Of a stretch of 30,061 nucleotides of DNA, positions 1-9,608 are shown piece by piece. The number at the start of each line of letters is the position of its first letter. The first letter of the stretch is position 1. The position numbers and the translations under genes are program-made. This stretch comes from a virus, in IMG/VR virus record IMGVR_UViG_2675903378_000003, positions 1 to 30,061 of that record; one strand, written 5' to 3'. The notes under the pieces were generated by a model. That model did not search any database, was not told where the DNA came from, and saw only the letters and a program-made list of their open reading frames with translations.

Positions 1-1590
<1,590 letters not shown>

Positions 1591-1620
1591 GGCATTGTCC
1601 TGCGGGGCTTTGCGGGATGG

Positions 1621-2838
1621 TTACGCGCCTTCCTCTGCTTCCTGTACCAATTCCGTACCAGTTTTAACCCTGGTCGGTAGCTTCTCCAGCTCGCTCCAAT
1701 CCGAGGCGGAGTTCAGCCACTTGGCATAGGTCGATAGCAGCATCTGCACGCTGTGGCCTAGCTGCCCAGCGATAAACGCAGGGTTCATGCCGGCCATCAG
1801 GCACATGGTCGCGTATGTGTGGCGGGTGTCGTACTGCCGGCGCCTTCGGATGGATAGAGCATCCAGCGCGGCGTGGAAGTGCTTTATGGTAACACTTGGC
1901 TCCTTGATCCACAGCCCGCCCTTGCTCGGAGGGAACACGAAGGGGCTTACTGCGAATTCGGAGACGGAGGCGACGCGCTTCAGCCGAGCAATCCGCTTGG
2001 CCTCTGCCAGGGCATTCAGGGCGCGTTCGTTGAGCAGGACGTCGCGTTCGTGCTTGGTCTTTACTCGCTCTTCGATTCCGCGATCTATGACGATCCGGCA
2101 CACGTGGATGCGCCTGGCCTCTTCGTCTACCTCGTCCCATCTGAGGGCGAAAGCTTCCCCAGGCCGCAACCCTGTGAAGAACAGAAACTCGTACAGCGCG
2201 GCGTAGATCCTTGAGTACTTCCCAAGGGTCGCGTACAGGTGTTGGATGATGCGTTCTGCTTCGTCCCTGGTGAAAGGATCCACCAGCTTCTTCGAAACCC
2301 TCGGCTTCTCAAGAGGCGCCATCGGGTTCTTCTTGATCAGCCCGTCCTTCACAGCGGAATCTAGGATCGTCGATAGCTTGAACATCGCGTTCCGCTTCAC
2401 GCCTGGCGACGTCCACTCGATGCTGCTGATGATTCGGCGCAAGAGGGTAGGGGTGATCTGGTCAAGCCGGGCTACTGCAAGATGTGGCATCCAGTATTGG
2501 TTAAGGATGCTCTTGTAGTTCTTTCGGGTGCCAAGCACGATCTCTCGGCTGTCTAGCCAGAGTTGCGCATGCTCACCGAACAGAGGGATTTGGCTGCTGA
2601 CCGATTCCGCAATCGCAGACCCTGGGAAGAACTCTGCATACTTGGCTTCGTCCATGATGCCAAGCTTGATGGTCTGGACTACCTGATCTCTAAGACCGGA
2701 TGCAGTCTTAATCCCTTTTTGCGTCGCGGGATAGGGGAGTGTTTCGCACTTCCTTGTTCCGTTCCACATGAAGCGGATACGGATAGAGTTGCCGATGACT
2801 TCCACCCCGGTGGGCATACCCAAAGGCTTTCGAGCCAT
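1621..2838 (-). CDS. int: Tyrosine recombinase / phage integrase
   Basis: 405-aa ORF. N-terminal arm-binding type motif (MPTGVEVIGNSIRIRF). C-terminal catalytic region HDTRHTYAT...LGHSVQMLLSTYAKW with R/H/R/Y signature. Confidence 0.92.
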   Translation of the reverse strand: MARKPLGMPTGVEVIGNSIRIRFMWNGTRKCETLPYPATQKGIKTASGLRDQVVQTIKLGIMDEAKYAEFFPGSAIAESVSSQIPLFGEHAQLWLDSREIVLGTRKNYKSILNQYWMPHLAVARLDQITPTLLRRIISSIEWTSPGVKRNAMFKLSTILDSAVKDGLIKKNPMAPLEKPRVSKKLVDPFTRDEAERIIQHLYATLGKYSRIYAALYEFLFFTGLRPGEAFALRWDEVDEEARRIHVCRIVIDRGIEERVKTKHERDVLLNERALNALAEAKRIARLKRVASVSEFAVSPFVFPPSKGGLWIKEPSVTIKHFHAALDALSIRRRRQYDTRHTYATMCLMAGMNPAFIAGQLGHSVQMLLSTYAKWLNSASDWSELEKLPTRVKTGTELVQEAEEGA

Positions 2839-3014
2839 TCGTCGTATCTCCGTCGACTGTAGATTATCTTCCCGTTTACCTTGTTCCAGACACCTTCCGG
2901 GATCTGCCGTTTTGATCTGCGGGTTTGCAGGGCGCGGTAGGTTATCCCAAGCAATGCCGCCATAACCTGCTCAGGCACCTTGTCTTCGTACTCGACCTTC
3001 TCTGCGGTACTCAT
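2679..3014 (-). CDS. xis: Excisionase / AlpA-like HTH protein with an unusually long C-terminal tail overlapping int
   Basis: ATG at 3014 preceded by GGAGAGG. HTH-like LLGITYRALQTRRSKRQIPEGVW. The frame has no stop until 2679, so it overlaps the int start by 160 nt. Confidence 0.6.
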   Translation of the reverse strand: MSTAEKVEYEDKVPEQVMAALLGITYRALQTRRSKRQIPEGVWNKVNGKIIYSRRRYDEWLESLWVCPPGWKSSATLSVSASCGTEQGSAKHSPIPRRKKGLRLHPVLEIR

Positions 3015-3072
3015 AGGCAATACCTCTCCACCCCAGCTATTGCCGGGGAGGGCATGATGGTAGGATTGGTTG

Positions 3073-3116
3073 CCCAGCCGGGTTAGCTCAGGGAGAGCTA
3101 GTGGCGCCCGGCTGGG
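3073..3116 (-). promoter_or_regulatory. Nested GC-rich hairpin immediately after the stop codon of the upstream gene
   Basis: Outer arms CCCAGCCGGG (3073-3082) and CCCGGCTGGG (3107-3116) are perfectly complementary over 10 bp. Inner stem TAGCTC (3084-3089) / GAGCTA (3095-3100) has loop AGGGA. No U-tract follows on the minus strand. Confidence 0.4.
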
Positions 3117-3551
3117 TTACTTGATGAGTTCGGCTGGGACGTTGATGGTTTCGCCCAGCTTCGCTCGAACGATGGCGCGGCAGGCTGCTATTAGGTGGGT
3201 TGGACCTGCCGATGTTGCATCAGCTGGCATATCGCAGCCGCAGGCTGTGAAGAATCGCAGCGGTTCGCCATGCCAGTCGCTACCGATCCACTCGAATTCA
3301 AAGCGGTGCTTTTCAATCAGTGGTCCGCCTTGAGCCCATGAGTCCGAAGGTTCGTATCGCTCGACTTCTTCAGTAATCGAGCGAGGTCCAAAGGTGCAGC
3401 CATATTTGCAGCAGTGGATGCCGCCTCTCACGTCATAACGGTACTGTCCAATGTCATGGACAATGACCTCTTCTCCTTCAGCCATTGCAACGGCCCAATC
3501 CAGCGCTGCCCCCTCAAGCTCGCAGGTCTTCACTTCTACGGTTTCGCTCAT
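3117..3551 (-). CDS. DUF2591/NinX-like phage protein
   Basis: Start MSETVEV at 3551 overlaps the upstream stop (ATGA). N-terminal LEGAALDWAVAMAEGEEV motif is typical of the family as I recall it. Confidence 0.75.
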   Translation of the reverse strand: MSETVEVKTCELEGAALDWAVAMAEGEEVIVHDIGQYRYDVRGGIHCCKYGCTFGPRSITEEVERYEPSDSWAQGGPLIEKHRFEFEWIGSDWHGEPLRFFTACGCDMPADATSAGPTHLIAACRAIVRAKLGETINVPAELIK

Positions 3552-3907
3552 TCCCCACCTCCCATAGACTTGCCGATCTCTGCGGCGGCGCGGACTATTG
3601 CTCGCCGAGTTGCCGCATACGGGTTTTCTGTGAACACTTCCTGGCAAGGGTTCATCCCGTCACCATTTGATGGATCGGCGGCCACCTCCTGAAATCCGTT
3701 GTAGAACGTAATGTCCAGGCGAAGCTGCACCGCCAGAATAAACGCGTGGTGGCTTTCGATAAGTGGGTTCCAGGCCGTACACCCATCGACAATCCAAAGG
3801 CTGGCTTTTGCTGGATCGACTATGGAATCACGTTCGGCTTGACGCTGCTCATTGATCTGCATCCCCGCCGCCCGCGCCGCCAGTTCGAGTAGTGTGCGGT
3901 CGTTCAT
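3548..3907 (-). CDS. Hypothetical phage protein
   Basis: 119-aa ORF coupled by 4-nt overlaps on both sides. C-terminal ATRRAIVRAAAEIG resembles the C-terminus of the neighbouring DUF2591-like protein. Confidence 0.75.
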   Translation of the reverse strand: MNDRTLLELAARAAGMQINEQRQAERDSIVDPAKASLWIVDGCTAWNPLIESHHAFILAVQLRLDITFYNGFQEVAADPSNGDGMNPCQEVFTENPYAATRRAIVRAAAEIGKSMGGGE

Positions 3908-4245
3908 TTCCCGGCCCCCTCCAAGGCTGTTCTGGCCTTTTCCAGCACTGCCTCCATAGATACGTCAGGCATGCCACGCCCTGCCTCAATGTATGCTTCA
4001 GCGCGCAGCACGAAGGCCTCAAGCACCGAACGGAGCATCTGATTTTCTTCCTGGCTTTTAACTGTCTCAATCGCCAGGTTGCGGAAGTCTCCGTATCTAA
4101 CCCACAAGCCGTTTGCGCCCATATAACTATACTCCTCCATTTCGGCATAGCGAACGTCTCGCCCCCATCCATCTTCCCCAACTGTTAATACTGGAGCGAA
4201 GGTCTTTGTGGAGTGCAAGATGTTCAGAAGCTTTGCGTCGTTCAT
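3904..4245 (-). CDS. Hypothetical phage protein
   Basis: Internal start MNDAKLL at 4245 forms an ATGA overlap with the upstream stop. The longer track ORF N-terminus is Arg/Pro-rich out-of-frame-looking sequence. Confidence 0.7.
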   Translation of the reverse strand: MNDAKLLNILHSTKTFAPVLTVGEDGWGRDVRYAEMEEYSYMGANGLWVRYGDFRNLAIETVKSQEENQMLRSVLEAFVLRAEAYIEAGRGMPDVSMEAVLEKARTALEGAGK

Positions 4246-4847
4246 TGCGTTGCTCCTTCTAGGGCTGCGTCGATTGCAGCGTCTAGGTGCTCCAGGTTGA
4301 GTACGATGTTCTCCGGGGTCATCCCGGCGAATACGCCGCCTTGTCTGATCGTTTCGAGGTCTCGCTCTCGCAGCCACCGGTAGCGCGCGGCGTCCTTCGC
4401 CATGCGCCGAATCTGCTCTGGAATGCTGACATTGCCGCCGTCTGGAGGGTCCATGTAGTAAGTACCGGGCAGAACGCTTGCGCACTCCTTCAAGTCCTGC
4501 GCCAACCACTCGCAGTGTTTCTGCGTGTCCTTGTGGGCGCAGTTCTCCGCCTTGAGCCTGTCCCGCTCTTTCCTAGCATCATCGCGTGCTTGGCAGAGCG
4601 CCCTAAGTTCGGAGCTATCGCGGCCATGCTGAGCAAGCAAGCCGTCGATCTCGTCCAGCAGGGCGAGGATTGCTTTCGGCTCGACAGCTTCCCGAAACTT
4701 GGTTATGGCGAATACGTGTTCAAGGCTCGGCGTTCCATGCAAGGCATCAGCCCGCTTAGCCAGCCTCCGCAGCTCTGCGTGGTCGGTCATGATCTGGTCC
4801 GCCTGCTTCACGCTTTCCAGCAGTTCGTTGAAAAGTGGCTCATCCAT
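4242..4847 (-). CDS. Hypothetical coiled-coil phage protein (C-terminal RYRWLR motif)
   Basis: 201-aa ORF. The ARYRWLRERD motif is shared with the product of 12806-13126. Confidence 0.8.
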   Translation of the reverse strand: MDEPLFNELLESVKQADQIMTDHAELRRLAKRADALHGTPSLEHVFAITKFREAVEPKAILALLDEIDGLLAQHGRDSSELRALCQARDDARKERDRLKAENCAHKDTQKHCEWLAQDLKECASVLPGTYYMDPPDGGNVSIPEQIRRMAKDAARYRWLRERDLETIRQGGVFAGMTPENIVLNLEHLDAAIDAALEGATQ

Positions 4848-5166
4848 TTTCCTTCACCTCGATTCCGGCTTGCTTGATGAAGGCAGCGCATGCGGCGATG
4901 GCCCCGTTCACCATGTGCGCAATACCAGCGGCCATGTCGATGCCTTCCTCGTCGATGTTGAAATGCTCAACAACCTCTTCGGCGGTGATCGTCGGCGGCA
5001 ACTCCACCCTCAGAGCCGCGCGGCTGGCTTTCCAGGCTTGATAAGCAAAGTCCACATCAACGTCGTCATAGTCAAAGTTAGGGTCATTGGATTTCCTAAG
5101 ATCGGCGTAACCGCCCATAGCGTTGGTAACCCACGCTTCAAACTCTTCTCTCATTGCTTGCTCCAT
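4840..5166 (-). CDS. Hypothetical acidic phage protein
   Basis: 108-aa ORF in the operon, overlapping the downstream start by 8 nt. Confidence 0.75.
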   Translation of the reverse strand: MEQAMREEFEAWVTNAMGGYADLRKSNDPNFDYDDVDVDFAYQAWKASRAALRVELPPTITAEEVVEHFNIDEEGIDMAAGIAHMVNGAIAACAAFIKQAGIEVKENG

Positions 5167-5300
5167 CTGCTCAACTCCTGTCCTTTCAACTCTGTCTGCT
5201 CGTAGAGGTTCTGGAAGTCCCCGACTATCCGGAAGATGCCGAAGACGATCAGCGCGATGACCAGAGCCCGGGTGATTAGGGTTTCGTTTTCGTTGTCCAC
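5151..5300 (-). CDS. Candidate 49-aa single-TM micro-protein (not in ORF track)
   Basis: My translation: GTG at 5300 with GGAGGA 6 nt upstream. VDNENETLITRALVIALIVFGIFRIVGDFQNLYEQTELKGQELSRWSKQ has one hydrophobic helix. Overlaps the next start by 16 nt. Confidence 0.35.
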   Translation of the reverse strand: MDNENETLITRALVIALIVFGIFRIVGDFQNLYEQTELKGQELSRWSKQ

Positions 5301-5462
5301 GGTTGGTCCTCCGGGGGTCGGATTCGTTGGTTTGGGGTGGCGGGCTCCTGGCCCAAAATCGGCCAGTTTTTGTGCTGAAACCCAGCGGGAATGCGGGTTT
5401 CAGCCTGGCCGAGGGTGGCGGTTGCGATGCCGGGATTCCGGCATCGGAGGAGAATCAAAGGG

Positions 5463-5864
5463 TTAGGATTGGAGGAGGGTATCGAACTTCGCGAACAGCT
5501 CTGGCTCGCCATACTTCTTGGACAGGTATTCTCCCTTGTGCGCCGCACCGTCCTTCGCAGCCTCAAGAAGTTCCTCCAGCAACTCCCGCGGAACCACCAC
5601 ATGGCCTTCTTCTGAGCCGTTTCGGCGCTCTACATACTCCGTCAGAGCCTCGGCTAGCATGGCGCCAAACTCATCCTGAAGCTCTTCAGGATTCTCCATG
5701 TAGACGATACGGCCCCAACCCCGAACACGGAGAACCTGGTCCCCATCGACGTGATTGTCAGCCACCATGTTTTGCTTTGCGTCCCAGATGTAACCGCCGA
5801 AACTGTCGTAGGAGAACGGTGGTGTATAGAGCGCCAAGGCGCGCTTGCGAAGTTCTTCAGCCAT
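5463..5864 (-). CDS. Hypothetical phage protein
   Basis: Internal start MAEELRK at 5864 with AAGGAG upstream. The 66 aa upstream of it in the track ORF look like out-of-frame sequence. Confidence 0.7.
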   Translation of the reverse strand: MAEELRKRALALYTPPFSYDSFGGYIWDAKQNMVADNHVDGDQVLRVRGWGRIVYMENPEELQDEFGAMLAEALTEYVERRNGSEEGHVVVPRELLEELLEAAKDGAAHKGEYLSKKYGEPELFAKFDTLLQS

Positions 5865-6600
5865 TGCCGTTCTCCTTGTCCTGGTTGAGCAGGGCGCGGA
5901 GTTCGCGGTTGGTCTTTGCCACCTGGTCGCGGCCGCAGTAGTGGAATCCGCCGTCGCACTCGCATTCGTGGAGTTCAAGCCAGTTTCCCAAGTGACGCAC
6001 GACTTCGCGCAACAGCCCCTCGCTGACCGTCTTGCCGTTGAGGCGCTTGACCTCTTCGACAACCCTCATGCCGAGGTTGGCCGCCCAGTTCGTAGTTCCG
6101 GTGACGTTGGTCTTCTCGTTCCACTGGTAACGCATGACGATATTCATGACGTTATCAACGCTGGGGAGCACAACCACCCTTGCGCGCAGTTCCGATAGTT
6201 CGCCGAGGCAGGCTTTCAAGTGCGCTTGCAACTGATAATTCGCTGCCTGCTCGTCGCAGAAGTTTTGTCGAGCAAGGTCTCGTTCGAGTTTGAGATCATC
6301 TCTCGCCATTCGCAGTGCTGCGACTTCGGTGCGTAGCGACACAATCAAGTCAGCCTGATCGTTGCGGTGCTGCTCAGCGCGTGCGACTTCCTCCCTGAGC
6401 GCCTGGGCCTCGGCGGCGAGGGCGTCGTAGAGTCCCTTGCCAACAAATTCTCCATCCCTGAACGCAGTTGTCAGTTCCGCCGCAACTCGGTCACAGGTCT
6501 TTTTGTGCCCCACATACAGATCGCGCGTGCCATTTCCGGCCCTGACGCAATAGGGCCAGAACCCTTTTCCTGTCTGCTCTACTCGGTATCTTTCACTCAT
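5857..6600 (-). CDS. Hypothetical coiled-coil phage protein
   Basis: 247-aa ORF with a central heptad-like region and C-terminal Cys/His cluster (HECECDGGFHYC). Confidence 0.8.
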   Translation of the reverse strand: MSERYRVEQTGKGFWPYCVRAGNGTRDLYVGHKKTCDRVAAELTTAFRDGEFVGKGLYDALAAEAQALREEVARAEQHRNDQADLIVSLRTEVAALRMARDDLKLERDLARQNFCDEQAANYQLQAHLKACLGELSELRARVVVLPSVDNVMNIVMRYQWNEKTNVTGTTNWAANLGMRVVEEVKRLNGKTVSEGLLREVVRHLGNWLELHECECDGGFHYCGRDQVAKTNRELRALLNQDKENGNG

Positions 6601-6863
6601 GGCCGAATCTCCAATGAGCCCTTAAGCAGCCAGCGTGCGAGCCGTTCGCGCCAGTTCATGAATCGCGACTTGCCGCGAGCGTTTACCATCAGAAGACCGT
6701 CGGCTTTCTGATGGACCCGGACTGCATGGCTGTCGAGCATGTGAGAGGCTTCCAGCAAGACATGCTTGGCCTCTGCTTCGTGCCGGTTCCCGTTGTAGCT
6801 CAGGCACCGGGCGACTCCCTGGCACTTGCTTGCCAGCCTCGATTCGTAGTGTTCCTCACTCAT
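6597..6863 (-). CDS. Hypothetical phage protein
   Basis: 88-aa ORF with 4- and 8-nt overlaps with its neighbours. Confidence 0.7.
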   Translation of the reverse strand: MSEEHYESRLASKCQGVARCLSYNGNRHEAEAKHVLLEASHMLDSHAVRVHQKADGLLMVNARGKSRFMNWRERLARWLLKGSLEIRP

Positions 6864-8115
6864 GACCTACCTCCTTGCCGGCCGCGGCCGCGCGGTCCAG
6901 GCGCTCTATCTCGGCCAGGATCAATGCGCCGGCCCGCATGTAGTTCGCACGCGCGTCGCGGGGCTTCCACCACTTCGCCGAGAACGGCCAGATAGCTGGA
7001 GCTTCGTCATTGGCTCCGCTGAGGATGTACGCCGCTGCGGCTCGCGGAAGCTCGGCGGCGCAATAGAGGTCGTCATGGTCCGGTGTCCAGCCCTCGGCGG
7101 TGATCTGCCGGCGTCGCTCGGCTTGAACGTCGAGCCATGCTTTCGGCATGCTGTGCTGAGCCTGGGTGAGCACGTCGGCGGATATGGCGCGCAAAAAGTT
7201 CTGAATTGCTCGCATATCTTCCTCGCTGGGTTCGTTACGCAGATACAGCACTACAGCTCTGGGATGTTCGGCATCGCGACCGATGCCAGATATTTCCGGC
7301 ACGCTGTGCTGAGCCTGGGCTACAGGGGCTGTGTAGAGCTTCGTGCCCGGCTGCATGTCTTGCAGGTCGCGATGGAAATCAAGGCTGTTCCAGTCTTCAC
7401 CCGGCACCTTCGCAACGGTCGCCACCGGCTCCTGCTTCTCCAGTTCCTGCAATCGCGCATCGGCGTCTCGCCAACGGTTTTCCCAGTAGCGTTCTGCTCC
7501 GCCTTGGCCGAGACGGACGCAGTGGGCTTCAAGCTCCGCGACCCTGGCCATGGCGGCGTCGCGCTGTTGCTCCACACGATTGAACATTTCTGCCCAACGG
7601 GCGACGCTGGCTGCATGCTGCGCGACAGTCATCAGTTCATCGTTTGCATTGAGCGGACCGCACTGGCCGAGGACGACAGGATTCGAATGCACGACGCGAG
7701 CCACCACCTCCGGCCGCTCCGCCTCTGCCTGCGCTGGGGAGGGTTGCGCCAGGGCGGCGCGGGCTTGCAACAACAGCGGATAGAGATGGCGCCATGCCTG
7801 GAAGGCGAACGTGCGTTCGTAGTCGCCTCCGCCGGCGCGGCAGTATTGACCTTCTTCTTCCCACCACTCGGCGAACACGCCAGCGAATACCTCATCAGGG
7901 ACGTGCGCGCCCTCTGCCTGCTCGGCCTGCACCGGGGAGGGTTCCAGGGCGGCGCGGGCTTTCCACCCCTCCCATGCATCATTGGTGAACTTGGCGTCCC
8001 AGTTCACAGCGATATGCGCCGGCATGCCGCAGTGCTTGCGCACGAAGAGTTCAAACGCCGCGCGCTCATCCCCGCCTGCCTGCTCTACCAGTGCCTTGTT
8101 CATCTCCATGCTCAT
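6856..8115 (-). CDS. Hypothetical modular phage protein with internal repeats
   Basis: Start at 8115 forms an ATGA overlap with the upstream stop. Repeated linkers ARAALEPSPVQAEQAE / ARAALAQPSPAQAEAE and repeated QAQHS(V/M)P. C-terminal EGWTPDHDD...ILAEIERLDR domain is common in phage proteins as I recall. Confidence 0.8.
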   Translation of the reverse strand: MSMEMNKALVEQAGGDERAAFELFVRKHCGMPAHIAVNWDAKFTNDAWEGWKARAALEPSPVQAEQAEGAHVPDEVFAGVFAEWWEEEGQYCRAGGGDYERTFAFQAWRHLYPLLLQARAALAQPSPAQAEAERPEVVARVVHSNPVVLGQCGPLNANDELMTVAQHAASVARWAEMFNRVEQQRDAAMARVAELEAHCVRLGQGGAERYWENRWRDADARLQELEKQEPVATVAKVPGEDWNSLDFHRDLQDMQPGTKLYTAPVAQAQHSVPEISGIGRDAEHPRAVVLYLRNEPSEEDMRAIQNFLRAISADVLTQAQHSMPKAWLDVQAERRRQITAEGWTPDHDDLYCAAELPRAAAAYILSGANDEAPAIWPFSAKWWKPRDARANYMRAGALILAEIERLDRAAAAGKEVGHE

Positions 8116-8336
8116 TTCAAGCTCTCCCACACCTCGGCATTGCCGAGCGCTTCGATTGATGTGTACGTGCTGTGCCCGCTAGCTTCTTGAAGCTCAACTG
8201 ATCCGCCGGCTTCGAGCACTGCGATGTATCTGCGATTAGTTGGCTTGTGCCGGAAGACCTTTCCGACGACGCACTGCGCGTTGATATGCCGGACTTGGTA
8301 GCTGTCGGCGAAACAGCCGTGTTCGTGCATGCTCAT
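8112..8336 (-). CDS. Hypothetical phage protein
   Basis: Start MSMHEHG at 8336 forms an ATGA overlap with the upstream stop. Confidence 0.65.
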   Translation of the reverse strand: MSMHEHGCFADSYQVRHINAQCVVGKVFRHKPTNRRYIAVLEAGGSVELQEASGHSTYTSIEALGNAEVWESLK

Positions 8337-8518
8337 GCTGCTACCCTCGGGGCTATGCCCATGTCTCTGTCGTGATGTCCTGCGAGCCAAAGTGACCGCT
8401 CATAGAGCATGTGCAGTCCGTAGGGGCAGGCCTGGAGACGTTCGCCGCGGTCGCGTGCGTCGACGCCCTCGCGGTATTCGTCTGCCGATTCGGGGAACTC
8501 AAGCCGCTTGCTTTGCAT
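8333..8518 (-). CDS. Rmf/CrpP-family small protein
   Basis: Start MQSKRLE at 8518 with GGAGG 10 nt upstream. The motif REGVDARDRGERLQACPYGLHMLYERSLWLAGHH parallels the RMF pattern (G..AG......CPY......RS.WL.GW) from memory. Confidence 0.6.
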   Translation of the reverse strand: MQSKRLEFPESADEYREGVDARDRGERLQACPYGLHMLYERSLWLAGHHDRDMGIAPRVAA

Positions 8519-9098
8519 TTGCTGCTCGCCTCCGCGCGTTTTCACAGGCCTTGCATTCGCTGCAATGGCCGTCCTTCTTGCTCGGGTTCGAGTAGTACTC
8601 AGATAGAGGTTTGAGCGTCTTGCACTTCGAGCATGGTTTCTCGCCGTTTATGAGCGTCGATTTCCCATGTCCGGATGCCCTCCACTTGTCGAACTCGGTG
8701 CGGGTGGAGAAATAGGTGCGAAGGAGACGCTGCACGGTGTGATCGCTTATCCCCATGGCAGGGCCGATCTCCCATCGACCGCAATCGAGGATCACTAGGT
8801 CTTCGAGCATCTGGCAGTATTCGATGTCCTTTGCCGTGCGCTTGGCCTGAACACGCTTCTGCTGCTCTCGCTCCATCCCGGTAGATGATCCGGTAATGCG
8901 GCTATTGAACGTGACCGGCTGATTTGAAGAGACGCCCGCAGGGATATTCGTGATGACTCCTCCCGCCGCCAGATACTCAGCAACGGCGTTTTGAATGTCA
9001 TCGTGAGTCAGCGCATGGGCAACCGGCTCTTGCACGCCGGACCACGCATCAGCGCCGATTCTCAGGTCGCTTAGAATCTCGGGAATGTCGGTTTCCAT
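8499..9098 (-). CDS. Hypothetical DNA-binding protein (HTH-like centre, C-terminal CxxC...CxxC zinc ribbon)
   Basis: 199-aa ORF. GISDHTVQRLLRTY is HTH-like. C-terminus is CSKCKTLKPLSEYYSNPSKKDGHCSECKAC. Confidence 0.75.
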   Translation of the reverse strand: METDIPEILSDLRIGADAWSGVQEPVAHALTHDDIQNAVAEYLAAGGVITNIPAGVSSNQPVTFNSRITGSSTGMEREQQKRVQAKRTAKDIEYCQMLEDLVILDCGRWEIGPAMGISDHTVQRLLRTYFSTRTEFDKWRASGHGKSTLINGEKPCSKCKTLKPLSEYYSNPSKKDGHCSECKACENARRRAANAKQAA

Positions 9099-9111
9099 GG
9101 CTTTCTCCGGG

Positions 9112-9140
9112 CAAAATAAAAGGCCCTCAATAGGGCCTTT
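9112..9140 (-). terminator. Intrinsic terminator downstream of ssb
   Basis: Minus strand reads AAAGGCCC-TATTGA-GGGCCTTT followed by TATTTTG. The 8-bp stem is centred at 9119-9140. Confidence 0.6.
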
Positions 9141-9161
9141 AATTTCTCGTAACTTGTTGAT

Positions 9162-9608
9162 TTAGAATGGGATATCGTCGTCGAATTCGTCATGAGCGCT
9201 ACGCTGCTGCGGTGCGCTCTGCTGCTGAGGAGATTGCCTGCTCTGAGCCGCCTGGTCATTTACAGGCTTTCCGCCAAGCATCTGCATCTGTCCGTGCATG
9301 TCGACGATTACCTCGGTGGTGTATCGGTCCTGGCCGTCCTGAGCCTGCCACTTGCGAGTTCTGAGAGATCCCTCGACGTACAATTGCTGGCCCTTCTTTA
9401 CGTGTTGTCCAGCGATCTCTGCGAGCTTCCCGAAGAACACCACGCGGTGCCATTCGGTGCGCTCCTGTTGCTGGCCGGTCTGCTTGTCCTTCCAGCTCTC
9501 GCTGGTGGCGAGGGTGATGTTGGTCACCGCATTGCCGTTGGGCATGTAGCGGGTTTCCGGGTCACCACCGACGTTACCAACCAGAATTACTTTGTTAACA
9601 CCTCTCAT
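9162..9608 (-). CDS. ssb: Single-stranded DNA-binding protein
   Basis: OB-fold N-terminus ([22 protein letters not shown]), Q/P-rich linker, canonical acidic tail DDDIPF. Confidence 0.95.
   Translation of the reverse strand: MRGVNKVILVGNVGGDPETRYMPNGNAVTNITLATSESWKDKQTGQQQERTEWHRVVFFGKLAEIAGQHVKKGQQLYVEGSLRTRKWQAQDGQDRYTTEVIVDMHGQMQMLGGKPVNDQAAQSRQSPQQQSAPQQRSAHDEFDDDIPF

Noticed and set aside
3083-3100. TTAGCTCAGGGAGAGCTA resembles a tRNA D-arm
   Set aside because: The flanking sequence cannot form acceptor, anticodon or T arms. It is the inner stem of a larger nested hairpin.
7149-7325. 27-nt near-identical direct repeats (about 7144-7170 and 7296-7322) and a second repeat pair around 7735-7770 / 7925-7960
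   Set aside because: They encode repeated peptide linkers (QAQHS(V/M)P and ARAAL..PSP.QAE) within one modular protein. This is internal domain duplication, not a separate DNA element.
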